From assembly GCA_016721875.1 (NCBI GenBank), contig JADKHG010000008.1:24390-88389 (forward strand): a DNA stretch of 64,000 bases, written 5' to 3'. Under the pieces are notes generated by a model, which was given only the letters and a program-made list of their open reading frames with translations, was not told the origin of the DNA and did no database searches. Origin of the DNA: Sphingomonadales bacterium. Lineage in GTDB: Bacteria > Pseudomonadota > Alphaproteobacteria > Sphingomonadales > Sphingomonadaceae. Made by a program: the position numbers and the translations under genes. Every line of letters starts with the position of its first letter. Positions within the stretch are counted from its first letter, which is position 1. Below are positions 1-10,048 of the stretch, in pieces.

Positions 1-9
1 AATGACAGA

Positions 10-915
10 ATGACAAGCGTGACAACGGACATCAGTCTTCCTGCCGATTGGCGGGATTTCTGGGCGCTGACCAAGCCCCGGGTGATGTCGCTTGTCGTGT
101 TCACCGCGCTCTGCGGCCTGCTGGCGGCACCGGGATCGATCCATCCGATACTCGGCTTTACCGCGATCCTGTGCATCGCGGTCGGTGCGGGTGCGTCAGC
201 CGCGCTCAACCAATGGTATGAAGCCGACATCGACGCCAAGATGAAACGGACCGCGAACCGTCCATTGCCTGCGGGCCGGATGGATCGCGAATCGGCGTTT
301 CAGTTCGGCATCGGGCTGTCGGCCTTTTCGGTCGGGGTGATGGGGGTCGCGGTCAACTGGCTATCGGCGGGCATTCTTGCCTTTTCGATCTTCTTCTACG
401 CCGTGGTTTACACCATCTGGCTGAAGCGCTCGACCCCGCAGAATATCGTGATCGGCGGCGCGGCCGGTGCCTTCCCGCCGGTAATCGGATGGGCAGCCGT
501 GACCGGCGATGTCACTTTGCTGCCGGTGTTGATGTTCGCGCTGATCTTCCTGTGGACCCCTCCGCATTTCTGGTCGCTCGCGCTCTATGTAAAGCCCGAC
601 TATGCCGCTGCGGGTGTGCCGATGATGCCGGTAACCGCCGGGCAAAAATCGACGCGAAACCAGATTTTCTTTTACAGCTGGATCATGGCGGCGTCTGCAC
701 TCGCACCATGGGCGCTGGGCATGACCGGGCTGATCTACGGCATCCCGGCGATGCTGTTGACTTTGGTATTTCTCGCTCTGGCCTTTTCGGTGTGGCGCAA
801 TCCGGCGATGGAAACCAGCGCGATGAAGCCTGAAAAGCGCCTGTTCGGCTGGTCGATCCTTTACCTGTTCCTGATGTTCGCATTGCTGGCTGTGGACCGG
901 ATGGTGCTGGCATGA
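10..915 (+). CDS. ctaB: protoheme IX farnesyltransferase (heme O synthase)
   Basis: 301-aa multi-TM ORF with UbiA-family prenyltransferase motif [23 protein letters not shown]. Heads a cytochrome oxidase assembly cluster. Confidence 0.9.
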   Translation: MTSVTTDISLPADWRDFWALTKPRVMSLVVFTALCGLLAAPGSIHPILGFTAILCIAVGAGASAALNQWYEADIDAKMKRTANRPLPAGRMDRESAFQFGIGLSAFSVGVMGVAVNWLSAGILAFSIFFYAVVYTIWLKRSTPQNIVIGGAAGAFPPVIGWAAVTGDVTLLPVLMFALIFLWTPPHFWSLALYVKPDYAAAGVPMMPVTAGQKSTRNQIFFYSWIMAASALAPWALGMTGLIYGIPAMLLTLVFLALAFSVWRNPAMETSAMKPEKRLFGWSILYLFLMFALLAVDRMVLA

Positions 916-1064
916 GCGAACAGCCCGAAATGCTGACCCCCGAACAATCGGCTCAGGTGCGTGCGCGCCAAAAGGGGCGGGCCAAAATATTGGGATTGAT
1001 CCTTGGTGCGCTCGCCATACTTTTCTACGCGATAACGATTGTTAAGATCGGGGCCGGATCATGA
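912..1064 (+). CDS. small single-TM protein inside the cox cluster
   Basis: 50-aa ORF below the track cut-off ([50 protein letters not shown]). ATGA overlaps with both the ctaB stop and the ctaG start. Confidence 0.5.
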   Translation: MSEQPEMLTPEQSAQVRARQKGRAKILGLILGALAILFYAITIVKIGAGS

Positions 1065-1621
1065 CCGCGCTTACATCAACGCCCAACAATCTGCGCACCG
1101 CGTTAATGGCGGGCAGCATCGCGCTGGCAATGGTTGGAATGGGTTTCGCTTCGGTTCCGCTTTATCGCATCTTTTGCCAAGTCACGGGCTTTGGCGGTAC
1201 CACAATGCGCATCAGCGAAGCGGAAGCCGCGACGGTTCAGGCCGTCAACAAGACGATCGTTGTCCGTTTCGACGCCAATATGCGCGGGCTGCCTTGGGAG
1301 TTCAAACCCGAACGACCCACCGAAACAGTCACCATCGGCGCGCGCGACATGACGATTTTCCTTGCGAAAAATCTGTCCGATCATCCAGTGACCGGAACCG
1401 CGACCTTCAATGTCAGCCCCGCACAGGCCGGACAATATTTCAGCAAGGTGCAATGCTTCTGCTTTACCGAGCAGACGCTGAAACCCGGCCAGCAATTGCG
1501 CATGCCGGTGGTTTATTATGTCGATCCGAAGATTCTTGACGATCCTGATACCAAGGATGTCGAGGAAATCACGCTAAGCTATACCTTCTACCCGGTGGAC
1601 GAGCCGGGGAAGGGAAGCTAA
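1061..1621 (+). CDS. ctaG: cytochrome c oxidase assembly protein CtaG/Cox11
   Basis: 186 aa. N-terminal TM, Cox11 signature YRIFCQVTGFGGTT and CFCF copper-site cysteines. Confidence 0.9.
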   Translation: MTALTSTPNNLRTALMAGSIALAMVGMGFASVPLYRIFCQVTGFGGTTMRISEAEAATVQAVNKTIVVRFDANMRGLPWEFKPERPTETVTIGARDMTIFLAKNLSDHPVTGTATFNVSPAQAGQYFSKVQCFCFTEQTLKPGQQLRMPVVYYVDPKILDDPDTKDVEEITLSYTFYPVDEPGKGS

Positions 1622-1664
1622 GGCTAAACCAGATACGTAGAGTCAGGGAATAGGGAAGCAAGTC

Positions 1665-2555
1665 ATGGCCGGTGCCAAGAACCACGATTATCATATCCTT
1701 CCGCCGAGCATCAATCCGCTGATCGGATCGTTTGCGGCGCTCACCATGTTCTTCGGACTGGTGATGATGTTCCAGCCCAAGGTGTTTGGCGGCTATGGCA
1801 GCCTTGTATTTGGTGGTGGCCTGATCGCTGTGCTCTACACTTTCTGGACATGGTGGTCGGACGTTATCAAGGAAGCCCATGCCGGCGACCATACCCCGGT
1901 GGTTTCGTTGCACCTGCGCTATGGTATGATCCTGTTCATTGCCTCTGAAGTGATGTTCTTCGTTGGCTGGTTCTGGGCATGGTTCGACTTTTCGCTGTTC
2001 CCGGTGCCGCTGGAAATCGTCCGTGATCCCGAAACGCATGCGCTGACCATCACCAACCTGTTTGGTCAGGATGGCGCGGCGGCTGCAACGCAGTTTCCGG
2101 CAAAGGGCATGGAAGTGTTCGACGCCTTTTCGCTGCCTTTGCTCAACACGCTGATCCTGCTTTGCTCGGGCACCACGGTCACCTGGGCACACCACGCGCT
2201 GATCCACGGCGACCGCAAGGGATTGATCAATGGCTTGTGGGTCACGGTCATTCTCGGCGCGCTGTTCTCGTGCATTCAGGCTTATGAATATTCGTCTGCG
2301 CCCTTCCCCTTCGGCGGACTGAACTATGGCTCTGCCTTTTACATGGCGACCGGTTTCCACGGCTTCCACGTGCTTGTCGGAACGATCTTCCTGATCGTTT
2401 GCCTCGCCCGTGCCTATGCCGGTCACTTCACGCCGAAGCAGCATTTCGGTTTCGAAGCGGCAGCATGGTATTGGCACTTCGTCGATGTCGTATGGCTGTT
2501 CCTCTTTGTCGTCGTCTATGTCTGGGGCGGCTGGGGCGCGCCGGTCCACGCCTGA
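1665..2555 (+). CDS. ctaE: cytochrome c oxidase subunit III
   Basis: 296 aa, 7 hydrophobic segments, COX3 C-terminal signature HFGFEAAAWYWHFVDVVWLFLF. Confidence 0.9.
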   Translation: MAGAKNHDYHILPPSINPLIGSFAALTMFFGLVMMFQPKVFGGYGSLVFGGGLIAVLYTFWTWWSDVIKEAHAGDHTPVVSLHLRYGMILFIASEVMFFVGWFWAWFDFSLFPVPLEIVRDPETHALTITNLFGQDGAAAATQFPAKGMEVFDAFSLPLLNTLILLCSGTTVTWAHHALIHGDRKGLINGLWVTVILGALFSCIQAYEYSSAPFPFGGLNYGSAFYMATGFHGFHVLVGTIFLIVCLARAYAGHFTPKQHFGFEAAAWYWHFVDVVWLFLFVVVYVWGGWGAPVHA

Positions 2556-2565
2556 TCGGGCGGAT

Positions 2566-2961
2566 ATGACGGAAATCCAAAATAAGGAAGGGCAGCCTGG
2601 CTTGGTTCAGGCTGCCCTTCTTGGTCTCTGCCCCGAATGCGGAGCCAAAACGCTCTATGGCGGGCCGGCGAGCTTCTCGGACAAATGCAGCGCCTGCGGG
2701 CTCGACTATTCGTCGTTCAATGTCGGTGACGGTCCGGCGGCGATTCTGACATTGGTGCTTGGCGCGTTGATCGGCGCGCTGGCGATCAGCTTCGACATTG
2801 CGGTTCGTCCACCCTTTTGGGTGCATGTGATCATCTGGGTGCCGCTAACCTGCCTGATGGTGGTCGCGTCGCTGCGCGTGACCAAAGGCGCGCTGCTGAT
2901 TGCCGAACATCGCAATCGAGCGGTAGAGGGCAAGCTGGCGGAGCAGGACGAGGAGGCGTGA
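2566..2961 (+). CDS. DUF983 zinc-ribbon membrane protein
   Basis: Start set at ATG 2566 inside ORF 2410-2961. Zinc ribbon CPECG..CSACG followed by 2 TM. Usual position between cox subunit III and SURF1. Confidence 0.7.
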   Translation: MTEIQNKEGQPGLVQAALLGLCPECGAKTLYGGPASFSDKCSACGLDYSSFNVGDGPAAILTLVLGALIGALAISFDIAVRPPFWVHVIIWVPLTCLMVVASLRVTKGALLIAEHRNRAVEGKLAEQDEEA

Positions 2962-3584
2962 TGCCGCGCTTTCCGGTTATCTCAACCATCATCGTTGCAC
3001 TGGCAGTGGCAACGATGATCGGGCTTGGTATCTGGCAGTTGCAGCGCAAAGGCGAGAAGGAGGCGCTGCTAGCGCTCTATGCCGCCAATGCTACCAAACC
3101 GGCGATGGCCTTTCCAGAAATCGGTCCAGTCTCGGACGACGCATTGTTCCGCCAATCGTCAGCCACTTGCATGAAGGTGGTCGAATGGCGCAGCCAATCG
3201 GGTCGCGATAACACGGGCAAGCCGGGAATACTTTACATTGCCGAATGCCAGACCGGCGCCGACGGCCCGGGCTTGCTCGCGGCAATGGGGGTTGCGGACC
3301 GGCCCAATCTGAAACCCGACTGGAACGGTGGCATAGTCAGCGGAATGATCGTGACCGAACCCGATCATTACAGCTTCCTCGAACGCGCCTTTGGCGTGAT
3401 CCCGACGCCCAACCCGATGCTGGTGTCTGCCAATGCTGTGTCCGGATTGCGAACGCCTGCAAAGCCTGATCCGGCTGGCATTTCGAACAACCATCTGTCC
3501 TATGCGCTGCAATGGTTCTTCTTCGCAGCCGCTGCTTCGGTTATCTATGTGCTGGCATTGCGCAAGCGGCAGGCGAAAAATTGA
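2961..3584 (+). CDS. SURF1 family cytochrome oxidase biogenesis protein
   Basis: Start ATG 2961 (1-nt overlap with the DUF983 stop) inside ORF 2817-3584. N- and C-terminal TM. GLGIWQLQRK and NNHLSYALQWFFFA motifs. Confidence 0.8.
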   Translation: MPRFPVISTIIVALAVATMIGLGIWQLQRKGEKEALLALYAANATKPAMAFPEIGPVSDDALFRQSSATCMKVVEWRSQSGRDNTGKPGILYIAECQTGADGPGLLAAMGVADRPNLKPDWNGGIVSGMIVTEPDHYSFLERAFGVIPTPNPMLVSANAVSGLRTPAKPDPAGISNNHLSYALQWFFFAAAASVIYVLALRKRQAKN

Positions 3585-4336
3585 GCATACCAGCCGACGC
3601 GTTTTTCTACATTGTCGCTGCCATTGCCGTCATATTGGTCGGGCTGGGCAAGGGTGGCTTTGCCGGGCTGGGTGCAGCGGCGATGCCGATCATGACATTG
3701 GCGATTGATCCGGTCAGCGGCGCTGCAATCCTGCTGCCGCTCTTCATTGTACAGGACGCAGTCGGGGTCTGGGCGTTTCGCAAGAGTGTGGATTGGCGGT
3801 TGCTTGGCTGGATGTTGCCGGGGGCGGCGGTGGGAACCTTCCTCGGCTGGCTGCTTGCGGCAAGCGTTGCGGTCTGGGTGGTCGAGGCGGCTGTCGGCGC
3901 GATAGCCATTGCCTTTGGCGCGAACCGGTTGCTGGCAGTGCGCGGAGGCGGGATGCGGTTGGCAAAGCCACAGCCAGAACCGGTCGGGCTATTCTGGGGT
4001 GGGGTGTCGGGCTTTACCAGCCAAATCGCGCTTGCAGGCGGGCCGCCCTTTCAAATCTGGGCGCTGAGCCGCAATCTGCCGCGCGATGTCTTTGTCGGCA
4101 CCAGCGCGCTGTTCTTTGCCGCGATCAACTGGCTAAAGGTGCCCGCCTTTTTTGCGCTGGGCCAATTTACCGAGCGCAACGGTACATTGTCGCTGCTGTT
4201 CCTGCCGTTGGCGATTGCCAGCACCTTTGCCGGTGTCTGGCTGGTTCGCCGCATTGCGGCAGAGCGCTTCCTGACCGCGATCAATCTGTTGATGGTCGCG
4301 GTCGGGGCAAAGCTGCTATGGAATGCGTTTGGCTGA
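3581..4336 (+). CDS. TauE/SafE (DUF81) family anion exporter
   Basis: Multi-TM ORF with GKGGFAGLG and GGPPFQIW motifs. Start set at TTG 3581 overlapping the SURF1 stop; ATG 3512 is the alternative. Confidence 0.65.
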   Translation: MSIPADAFFYIVAAIAVILVGLGKGGFAGLGAAAMPIMTLAIDPVSGAAILLPLFIVQDAVGVWAFRKSVDWRLLGWMLPGAAVGTFLGWLLAASVAVWVVEAAVGAIAIAFGANRLLAVRGGGMRLAKPQPEPVGLFWGGVSGFTSQIALAGGPPFQIWALSRNLPRDVFVGTSALFFAAINWLKVPAFFALGQFTERNGTLSLLFLPLAIASTFAGVWLVRRIAAERFLTAINLLMVAVGAKLLWNAFG

Positions 4337-4339
4337 GCC

Positions 4340-4860
4340 CTATTTCGGCGAAAGCACCATCAGCATCTGGCGGCCTTCCATGCGGGGATAGGCTTCAACC
4401 TTTGCGGTTTCCGCCATGTCCTCGGCAACGCGTTGCAGCAAGGCCATGCCCAGCTGCTGGTGCGCCAGTTCGCGGCCACGGAAGCGCAATGTTACCTTCA
4501 CCTTATCGCCATCACCGATGAATTCGATGATCTTTTTCATCTTCGTCATATAGTCATGATCATCGATGTTGGGACGCATCTTGATCTCTTTGATCTCCTG
4601 CGTTCTCTGGCTCTTGCGGGCGAGATTGGCCTTTTTCTGGGCCTCATATTTGAATTTGCCGACGTCGAGGAATTTGCAGACTGGCGGGTCGGCGTTGGGC
4701 GATACTTCGACCAGATCGAGGCCGACTTCAGCTGCTTGGGCAATTGCTTCGCGAGTGTACATCACCCCAGATTCTCGCCTTCATCGTCAATTACGCGAAC
4801 TTTTTCGCTCTGGATGAATTCATTATAGCGCGGTCCACTTTTGACCGGTGGCGTGTTCAT
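4340..4860 (-). pseudogene. infC: translation initiation factor IF-3, frame broken in a homopolymer
   Basis: ORF 4340-4765 is the IF-3 body ([29 protein letters not shown]...). The N-terminal 32 codons ([32 protein letters not shown]) start at ATG 4860 in another frame and hit TGA at 4762-4764. Adding one C to the C4 run 4765-4768 joins them as ...[12 protein letters not shown]... An in-frame ATT at 4890 is an alternative start. Confidence 0.85.
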
Positions 4861-4977
4861 GCGCCGTGAGACTGGGGCAGCGATAGCAATTACTCCTTTG
4901 TTTCAGATAGGCGGCCCTTACCGCCAAATTCCCTACAAATAAAGGGGCGATGCTTGGCGGCGGCGCTTTTGTAAAGC

Positions 4978-4999
4978 GGCGTTGCAGCGGAGCAACGCC
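4978..4999 (-). terminator. hairpin just after the stop of the 5003-5746 gene
   Basis: Perfect 8-bp stem GGCGTTGC/GCAACGCC with a 6-nt loop, 3 nt beyond the stop. On the minus strand it is followed by GCTTTACAAAAG, a weak T tract. Confidence 0.35.
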
Positions 5000-5002
5000 T
5001 GT

Positions 5003-5746
5003 TCATGTGGCAAGCCTGACGACAGCGGCAATTCCGGCCACGCCCAACAGCACCCCGACAATGCTTCGCCACACCGGTTCCGAGATTGTGCCAAAGGCCT
5101 TTGTCCCCATCCAGTTGCCAACCAGCACGGCGGGAAAGAGCAGGGCAGAAAGCAGCAAAATCGCCCAATCGACACTGCCCAGGGCAATGGCGGACAGCGT
5201 GCCTGCAATTGCGGTAGCGAAGAAAATCAGCAGCATCGACGCCCGCGAGACGACTGGCGGCAATTTGCGGCGCAGGTAGAAGGGGACAACCGGCGGACCC
5301 GGCATCGCGGCAAAGCCGGTGAGGATTCCCGCAGCGATGCCGGTCAATGCGACTTCCAACCGGCCCGGTACCGCACCCTCGCGCGCGGGCAACAGCACCA
5401 GCAGAAACGCCCCGATGGCAATCAACGCAATCAGCAGCCGGGCGAGATCGGGCGCGGTAACACCCAAGGCCCAAAGCCCCAGCGGCGTTGCCAGCATCGC
5501 GATGACCGCGATTGGAATGGCGCTTGCCGTCTCTGCATCGGCATGGATTTTGCCAATGCCAACAGGGCCAATGAACAATTGCAACAGGATCGCCACCACC
5601 ACCGCCTGCGCCGGTTCGATCACCAGCCCCAGCAAAGGCACAAGGATGATCGCCATGCCAAAGCCGGTGAGGCCACGGATGGCGGCTGCACCAAAGGTCA
5701 TGGTGAGCGCAAAGAGGAAAGGATTAACGGCGAGGGGGAGGGTCAT
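5003..5746 (-). CDS. TauE/SafE (DUF81) family membrane transporter
   Basis: 247 aa, 7-8 TM, glycine-rich DUF81 repeats (GLTGFGMAIILVPLL; AMPGPPVVPFYL). Confidence 0.7.
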   Translation of the reverse strand: MTLPLAVNPFLFALTMTFGAAAIRGLTGFGMAIILVPLLGLVIEPAQAVVVAILLQLFIGPVGIGKIHADAETASAIPIAVIAMLATPLGLWALGVTAPDLARLLIALIAIGAFLLVLLPAREGAVPGRLEVALTGIAAGILTGFAAMPGPPVVPFYLRRKLPPVVSRASMLLIFFATAIAGTLSAIALGSVDWAILLLSALLFPAVLVGNWMGTKAFGTISEPVWRSIVGVLLGVAGIAAVVRLAT

Positions 5747-6606
5747 TGCTCGCCCTTCCCGCGCAAAGTCACCAGCCAGACATCGGGATGCGCGCCATAA
5801 CGCAGCGGCAGGATCGAGGTGCCGAGTCCAGCCCCTACAAAAACCCGCTGCCCCTTATCGTTGATCGCTCCACAGCCAAAACGATCCCCATAGCGTGAGA
5901 CATAGCTGATCGGACCATAAAGCGGCAGCACGATCTGCCCGCAATGGGTGTGGCCCGCAAAGACAGCGGCGACCGGCGACGGCAGGGCAGGGACGACATC
6001 GGGGCTGTGCGTCACCAATATGCGGGGTTTTGCGGGAAGCATATCCATTGCGCTAAAGGTGGCGGGGACATCGTCATGGTTCGAGAAATCGTCATCGACC
6101 CCGCCAATGACCAACGGCCCACGCGCAATCGCTTCGTTCTTCAGCACCGCGATGCCGCCCTTGCGCAGCCCCGCCTCGATAGCCTTGGGGTCAAACCAAT
6201 GGTCGTGATTGCCAAGCGCTGCGACCGTACCCAGCCGCGCCTTAAAACTATGCAAGGGGGCAGTGACTTCGCCGGGCGTATAGATATGCGTCGCCAGTCT
6301 TTTCTCGCTGACCAGATCGCCTGGGATTAGCACCAAATCGGGTTTCAGCCGGTTGAGATCCGCAACGATCCGCGCCAGCCTTTCAGGCGGCATATCCGGT
6401 CCAGCGGCATGGGTGTCGGAGAGCAGCAGCACCTTCAGCGGCGGCTCGCCCGCTGGCCAGTTATCGACCTCCACCGTCGCGCGGTGGACAATGGGGTCGC
6501 GGGTGGCGTTCCAATAGCCTTTGCCCAGCAAGGCAAGCGTCAGCAAAAGCAGGATCGCGGTCCAGCGCAGCCAGCGGCGTTTGGTTGGGATGCTCCGACC
6601 GCTCAA
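5743..6606 (-). CDS. metallophosphoesterase
   Basis: 287 aa. N-terminal TM. Calcineurin-like motifs [32 protein letters not shown]. 4-nt overlaps with both neighbouring genes. Confidence 0.8.
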   Translation of the reverse strand: MSGRSIPTKRRWLRWTAILLLLTLALLGKGYWNATRDPIVHRATVEVDNWPAGEPPLKVLLLSDTHAAGPDMPPERLARIVADLNRLKPDLVLIPGDLVSEKRLATHIYTPGEVTAPLHSFKARLGTVAALGNHDHWFDPKAIEAGLRKGGIAVLKNEAIARGPLVIGGVDDDFSNHDDVPATFSAMDMLPAKPRILVTHSPDVVPALPSPVAAVFAGHTHCGQIVLPLYGPISYVSRYGDRFGCGAINDKGQRVFVGAGLGTSILPLRYGAHPDVWLVTLRGKGEQ

Positions 6607-8615
6607 CCCCGCAAATCCGGCGCTGCCGCCTCGGCCACCAGCATCGCAATGGCATCCTCAACGCTCATAATCCGCTGGCCTTCCTGCCCCAGCGTGCGGA
6701 TCGCGACTTTGCCTTCCTCGGCCTCGCGGTTGCCGACCACCAGCAGGTGCGGGACTTTCGCGAGGCTGTGTTCGCGTACCTTATAGTTGATCTTCTCGTT
6801 TCGCAGGTCGGTCTCGACACGGATCCCCGCTGCCGCCAGCTTCGCGGTCACTTCGTTCGCATAAGCATCGGCGTCGGAGACAATCGTCGCCACCACTGCC
6901 TGCACGGGCGCGAGCCAGACCGGAAAGCGTCCGGCATAATGTTCGATCAAAATGCCGATAAAGCGCTCGTACGACCCAAAGATCGCGCGGTGCAGCATCA
7001 CCGGGCGGTGCTTGCCGCCATCTTCGCCGACATAGCTGGCGTCCAGCCGCTCGGGCAGCACCCGGTCGGACTGGATCGTGCCAACCTGCCAGGTGCGGCC
7101 AATCGCGTCGGTCAAATGCCATTCGAGCTTGGGCGCGTAAAAAGCGCCTTCGCCGGGCAGTTCTTCCCAGCCATATTCTTCGGTCGCCAGCCCTGCCTTG
7201 ACCACGGCGTCGCGCAGTTCATTCTCCGCCTTGTCCCAATCGGCGTCGCTGCCGAAACGCGCCTCGGGGCGCAGCGCCAGCTTGATCGAATAGGTAAAAC
7301 CGAAATCCTTGTAGATACGGTCGGCAAGCGCGCAGAACTCCTGCACTTCCTCGACAATCTGGTCTTCGCGGCAGAAGATATGGGCATCGTCCTGCGTGAA
7401 TTGCCGCACGCGCATCAGCCCGTGCAGCGCGCCATGCGGCTCGTTGCGGTGGCAGCAGCCATTTTCGTATATGCGCAAAGGCAGGTCGCGGTACGACTTG
7501 ATCCCCTGACGGAAGATCAGGACATGCGCCGGACAGTTCATCGGCTTCAGCGCCATCCAGTCGGCCTCGCCCGAAATCACCGGGCCTTCATCCTCGGTAT
7601 TGGGAACCTCATCGGGAATCACGAACATATTCTCGCGATATTTGCCCCAATGGCCCGATTGCTCCCACTGGCGCGCGTCCATCACCTGCGGGGTTTTGAC
7701 TTCCTTGTAACCAGCGGCGTCAATTGCACGGCGCATATAGGCCTCCAGCGCGCGCCAGATGGTGAAGCCATGCGGGTGCCAGAAAACACTGCCATGTGCT
7801 TCGGATTGCAGGTGGAACAGATCCATGTCCGCGCCCAGCTTGCGATGGTCGCGCTTGGCCGCTTCCTCCAGCCGCAACAGATGCGCGTCCAATTGCTTCT
7901 TGTTGAGCCAGCCAGTGCCATAAATGCGCGTCAGCTGCGCATTATTCTGGTCGCCGCGCCAATAGGCCCCGGCAACGCGCATCAGCTTGAACGCCGCCGG
8001 ATCGAGCTTTCCGGTCGAGGGCAGATGCGGGCCACGGCACATATCCATCCAGTCGTCACCCGACCAATAGACCGATAGCTCCTCACCCTCGGGCAGTTCC
8101 GCCGCCCATTCGGCCTTGAAGCTTTCGCCTGCATCCTTCCAAGTCTGGATCAACGCATCGCGCGCCACAACCTCGCGGCGCAGCGGCTTATCGGCGCGGA
8201 TGATGTCGCGCATCGCTTCCTCGATTGCGGGCAGGTCGTCCTCGGTAAAGGGGCCGCGCGAGGCAGGCGCCAACACGTCATAATAGAAACCGTCATCGGT
8301 CGCCGGGCCAAAGGTGATCTGCGTTCCCGGAAACAGTTTCTGCACTGCCTCGGCCAGCACATGGGCGAAATCGTGGCGGGCAAGCTCCAGCGCATCGGCC
8401 TCGTCGCGGGTCGTGACCAGTGCCAGATTGCAATCGCCGTCGAAGGGGCGGGTCGCATCGCGCAACTCGCCATCGACGCGCGCGGCAATGGTGGCCTTGG
8501 CCAGACCGGGACCGATGGCGGCGGCAATGTCCGCCGGGGTAGTGCCGCGCGCGACTTCACGGGCAGAGCCATCGGGAAGGGTGACGCGGATCATCTCGGA
8601 GGCTTCAAGGGACAT
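6603..8615 (-). CDS. thrS: threonine--tRNA ligase
   Basis: TGS start [10 protein letters not shown], editing-domain [12 protein letters not shown], class II motifs [61 protein letters not shown] 6603-8750 trimmed to ATG 8615; ATG 8594 is the alternative. Confidence 0.95.
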   Translation of the reverse strand: MSLEASEMIRVTLPDGSAREVARGTTPADIAAAIGPGLAKATIAARVDGELRDATRPFDGDCNLALVTTRDEADALELARHDFAHVLAEAVQKLFPGTQITFGPATDDGFYYDVLAPASRGPFTEDDLPAIEEAMRDIIRADKPLRREVVARDALIQTWKDAGESFKAEWAAELPEGEELSVYWSGDDWMDMCRGPHLPSTGKLDPAAFKLMRVAGAYWRGDQNNAQLTRIYGTGWLNKKQLDAHLLRLEEAAKRDHRKLGADMDLFHLQSEAHGSVFWHPHGFTIWRALEAYMRRAIDAAGYKEVKTPQVMDARQWEQSGHWGKYRENMFVIPDEVPNTEDEGPVISGEADWMALKPMNCPAHVLIFRQGIKSYRDLPLRIYENGCCHRNEPHGALHGLMRVRQFTQDDAHIFCREDQIVEEVQEFCALADRIYKDFGFTYSIKLALRPEARFGSDADWDKAENELRDAVVKAGLATEEYGWEELPGEGAFYAPKLEWHLTDAIGRTWQVGTIQSDRVLPERLDASYVGEDGGKHRPVMLHRAIFGSYERFIGILIEHYAGRFPVWLAPVQAVVATIVSDADAYANEVTAKLAAAGIRVETDLRNEKINYKVREHSLAKVPHLLVVGNREAEEGKVAIRTLGQEGQRIMSVEDAIAMLVAEAAAPDLRG

Positions 8616-8733
8616 TGGGGAATTTGGTGCTTTCTGTATTGGTCGGAGCCGACCCTTTGCCAGCCCAGCGCAATGGCCGCAACCCCGCAGACAAGCGGCA
8701 AAGTTGACAAAGTTGACACCAAGGAAGGGCTTC

Positions 8734-8809
8734 AATGACAAGCAAGGCAATCAAAATGACAAGTAACATTGACATATGAGCGACTCGACTGTAAAGGTCG
8801 CTTGTCATT
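8734..8809. promoter_or_regulatory. repeated 9-mer AATGACAAG (two direct, one inverted), candidate operator set
   Basis: AATGACAAG at 8734-8742 and 8755-8763 (21-bp spacing) and its reverse complement at 8801-8809. The outer copies share 11 nt, CAATGACAAGC. A tandem AAGTTGACA x2 lies at 8701-8718. All lie upstream of the 8828 operon that ends with an XRE regulator. Confidence 0.3.
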
Positions 8810-8827
8810 GCCGGAAAGGACACCGAA

Positions 8828-9430
8828 ATGGTCGAAGTCGAAATCAATGCCGAAAGCAGACTCAACCCGCCCCTGTTGTGGGGCATTGCCTTTGTTGTTG
8901 CGATGTTCGGCGCGGGCATTTTTGCGCGTTGGGTTGATCTCAACAGCTTCTGGAGCATGGCGATCATGATCCCGCCGATGCTGCTGCTGTTCCCTATGGT
9001 GAAGTCCGGGCAAAGGCGTCAGGCGGCGGTGTGCGGCAATGTGTCGCCGGCGATCAATGCCTATAACCGGCGGATGCTGATCTGGTCGTTTGCTTATGTT
9101 GCGGCCTTGTTTGGGGCAATATCAATCCATGATGCGATCAAGCCGACCGGGCCCCTATTGTGGCTGATTGCGATCCTGCCTGCGTTGCCGATCCTCTATT
9201 TCGTCTGGGCGCTGGGTCGCTATCTGGTCGAGGAAACCGACGAATATATCCGCATGAAACAGGTCTCCGCCGCGCTTTTTGCGACCGGCGTGTTGCTGGT
9301 GCTGGCAACGGTTTGGGGTTTTCTGGAAACTTTCGGCGTGGTCATCCATGTCCCGACCTGGGCAGCAGTGCCGGTCTGGGCCATTGGACTGGGTCTTGGC
9401 CATTTCTACAACAAGGTGAGGGGCGTATGA
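8828..9430 (+). CDS. hypothetical integral membrane protein
   Basis: 200 aa, 5-6 hydrophobic segments, no recognisable domain. Stop overlaps the next start. Confidence 0.5.
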   Translation: MVEVEINAESRLNPPLLWGIAFVVAMFGAGIFARWVDLNSFWSMAIMIPPMLLLFPMVKSGQRRQAAVCGNVSPAINAYNRRMLIWSFAYVAALFGAISIHDAIKPTGPLLWLIAILPALPILYFVWALGRYLVEETDEYIRMKQVSAALFATGVLLVLATVWGFLETFGVVIHVPTWAAVPVWAIGLGLGHFYNKVRGV

Positions 9431-9828
9431 AAACCGCAGAGGAAATCAAGGCAGAGGTTCAGGCGGTAAACGCTTTCTGGATGAAAATCTGGCTTGGCGT
9501 TATGGTCGCTTGCGTATTTTTCGATGCGGTATTGGGCTTCAGCGGTGCCGCTAAAATCATCTCAATCCTGATTTTTCCGGTTGGCCTATTTTTGGAAGTC
9601 AGGCGCGCGACGACGGCGGGTGATCAGTTCGCAGCTTTTTCTGCCTATCGCACGTCTGCGATCATGATGACCTCCGCCGTTGTAGGCGTATTGATTGAGT
9701 CAGCAGCTGAACGTGAGGGGATCAATATAGGTATAGAGACATTTTACATACTCATCCTCTTCGGAGGAGCGGGTCTGTTGGGAATGACCCTCTACGACCG
9801 CTACATCGCACGTGGCGATTCCGAATGA
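9427..9828 (+). CDS. hypothetical integral membrane protein
   Basis: Start ATG 9427 inside ORF 9160-9828. 133 aa, about 4 TM. ATGA overlap with the XRE gene. Confidence 0.5.
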   Translation: MKTAEEIKAEVQAVNAFWMKIWLGVMVACVFFDAVLGFSGAAKIISILIFPVGLFLEVRRATTAGDQFAAFSAYRTSAIMMTSAVVGVLIESAAEREGINIGIETFYILILFGGAGLLGMTLYDRYIARGDSE

Positions 9829-10016
9829 AAAACCGCCTCAAAGTCCTGCGCGCCGAGCGTGACTGGAGCCAGCAGGATCTGGCCGATGCGCTCGCGGTAT
9901 CGCGGCAATCGGTCAATGCGATCGAGACCGGGAAATATGACCCGTCGCTGCCGCTCGCGTTCCGCATATCGGACGTTTTTGAAATGCCGATCGAAGCGAT
10001 TTTTTCCCGCGACTGA
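9825..10016 (+). CDS. short XRE/Cro-C1 family HTH transcriptional regulator
   Basis: 63 aa with WSQQDLADALAVSRQSVNAIETGKYDPSL. Belongs to the short class that usually follows small membrane proteins. Confidence 0.85.
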   Translation: MKNRLKVLRAERDWSQQDLADALAVSRQSVNAIETGKYDPSLPLAFRISDVFEMPIEAIFSRD

Positions 10017-10048
10017 ACCGCAAAATTTTCTAATCGAAAGGACTTGCC

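Noticed and set aside
1569-2549. Long ORFs antisense to well-supported genes. Examples: 1569-2549 opposite ctaE, 6585-8078 opposite thrS, 25107-26030 opposite the TonB receptor, 29292-30221 opposite ggt, 51258-52613, 53543-55531 (662 aa) opposite the flippase and acyltransferase, 55732-56751 opposite rtcB, 58073-59176 opposite uvrB.
   Set aside because: These are typical shadow ORFs of high-GC DNA. Their products are Arg/Pro/Gly-rich and low in complexity, with no motifs, and the opposite strand encodes clearly recognisable proteins.
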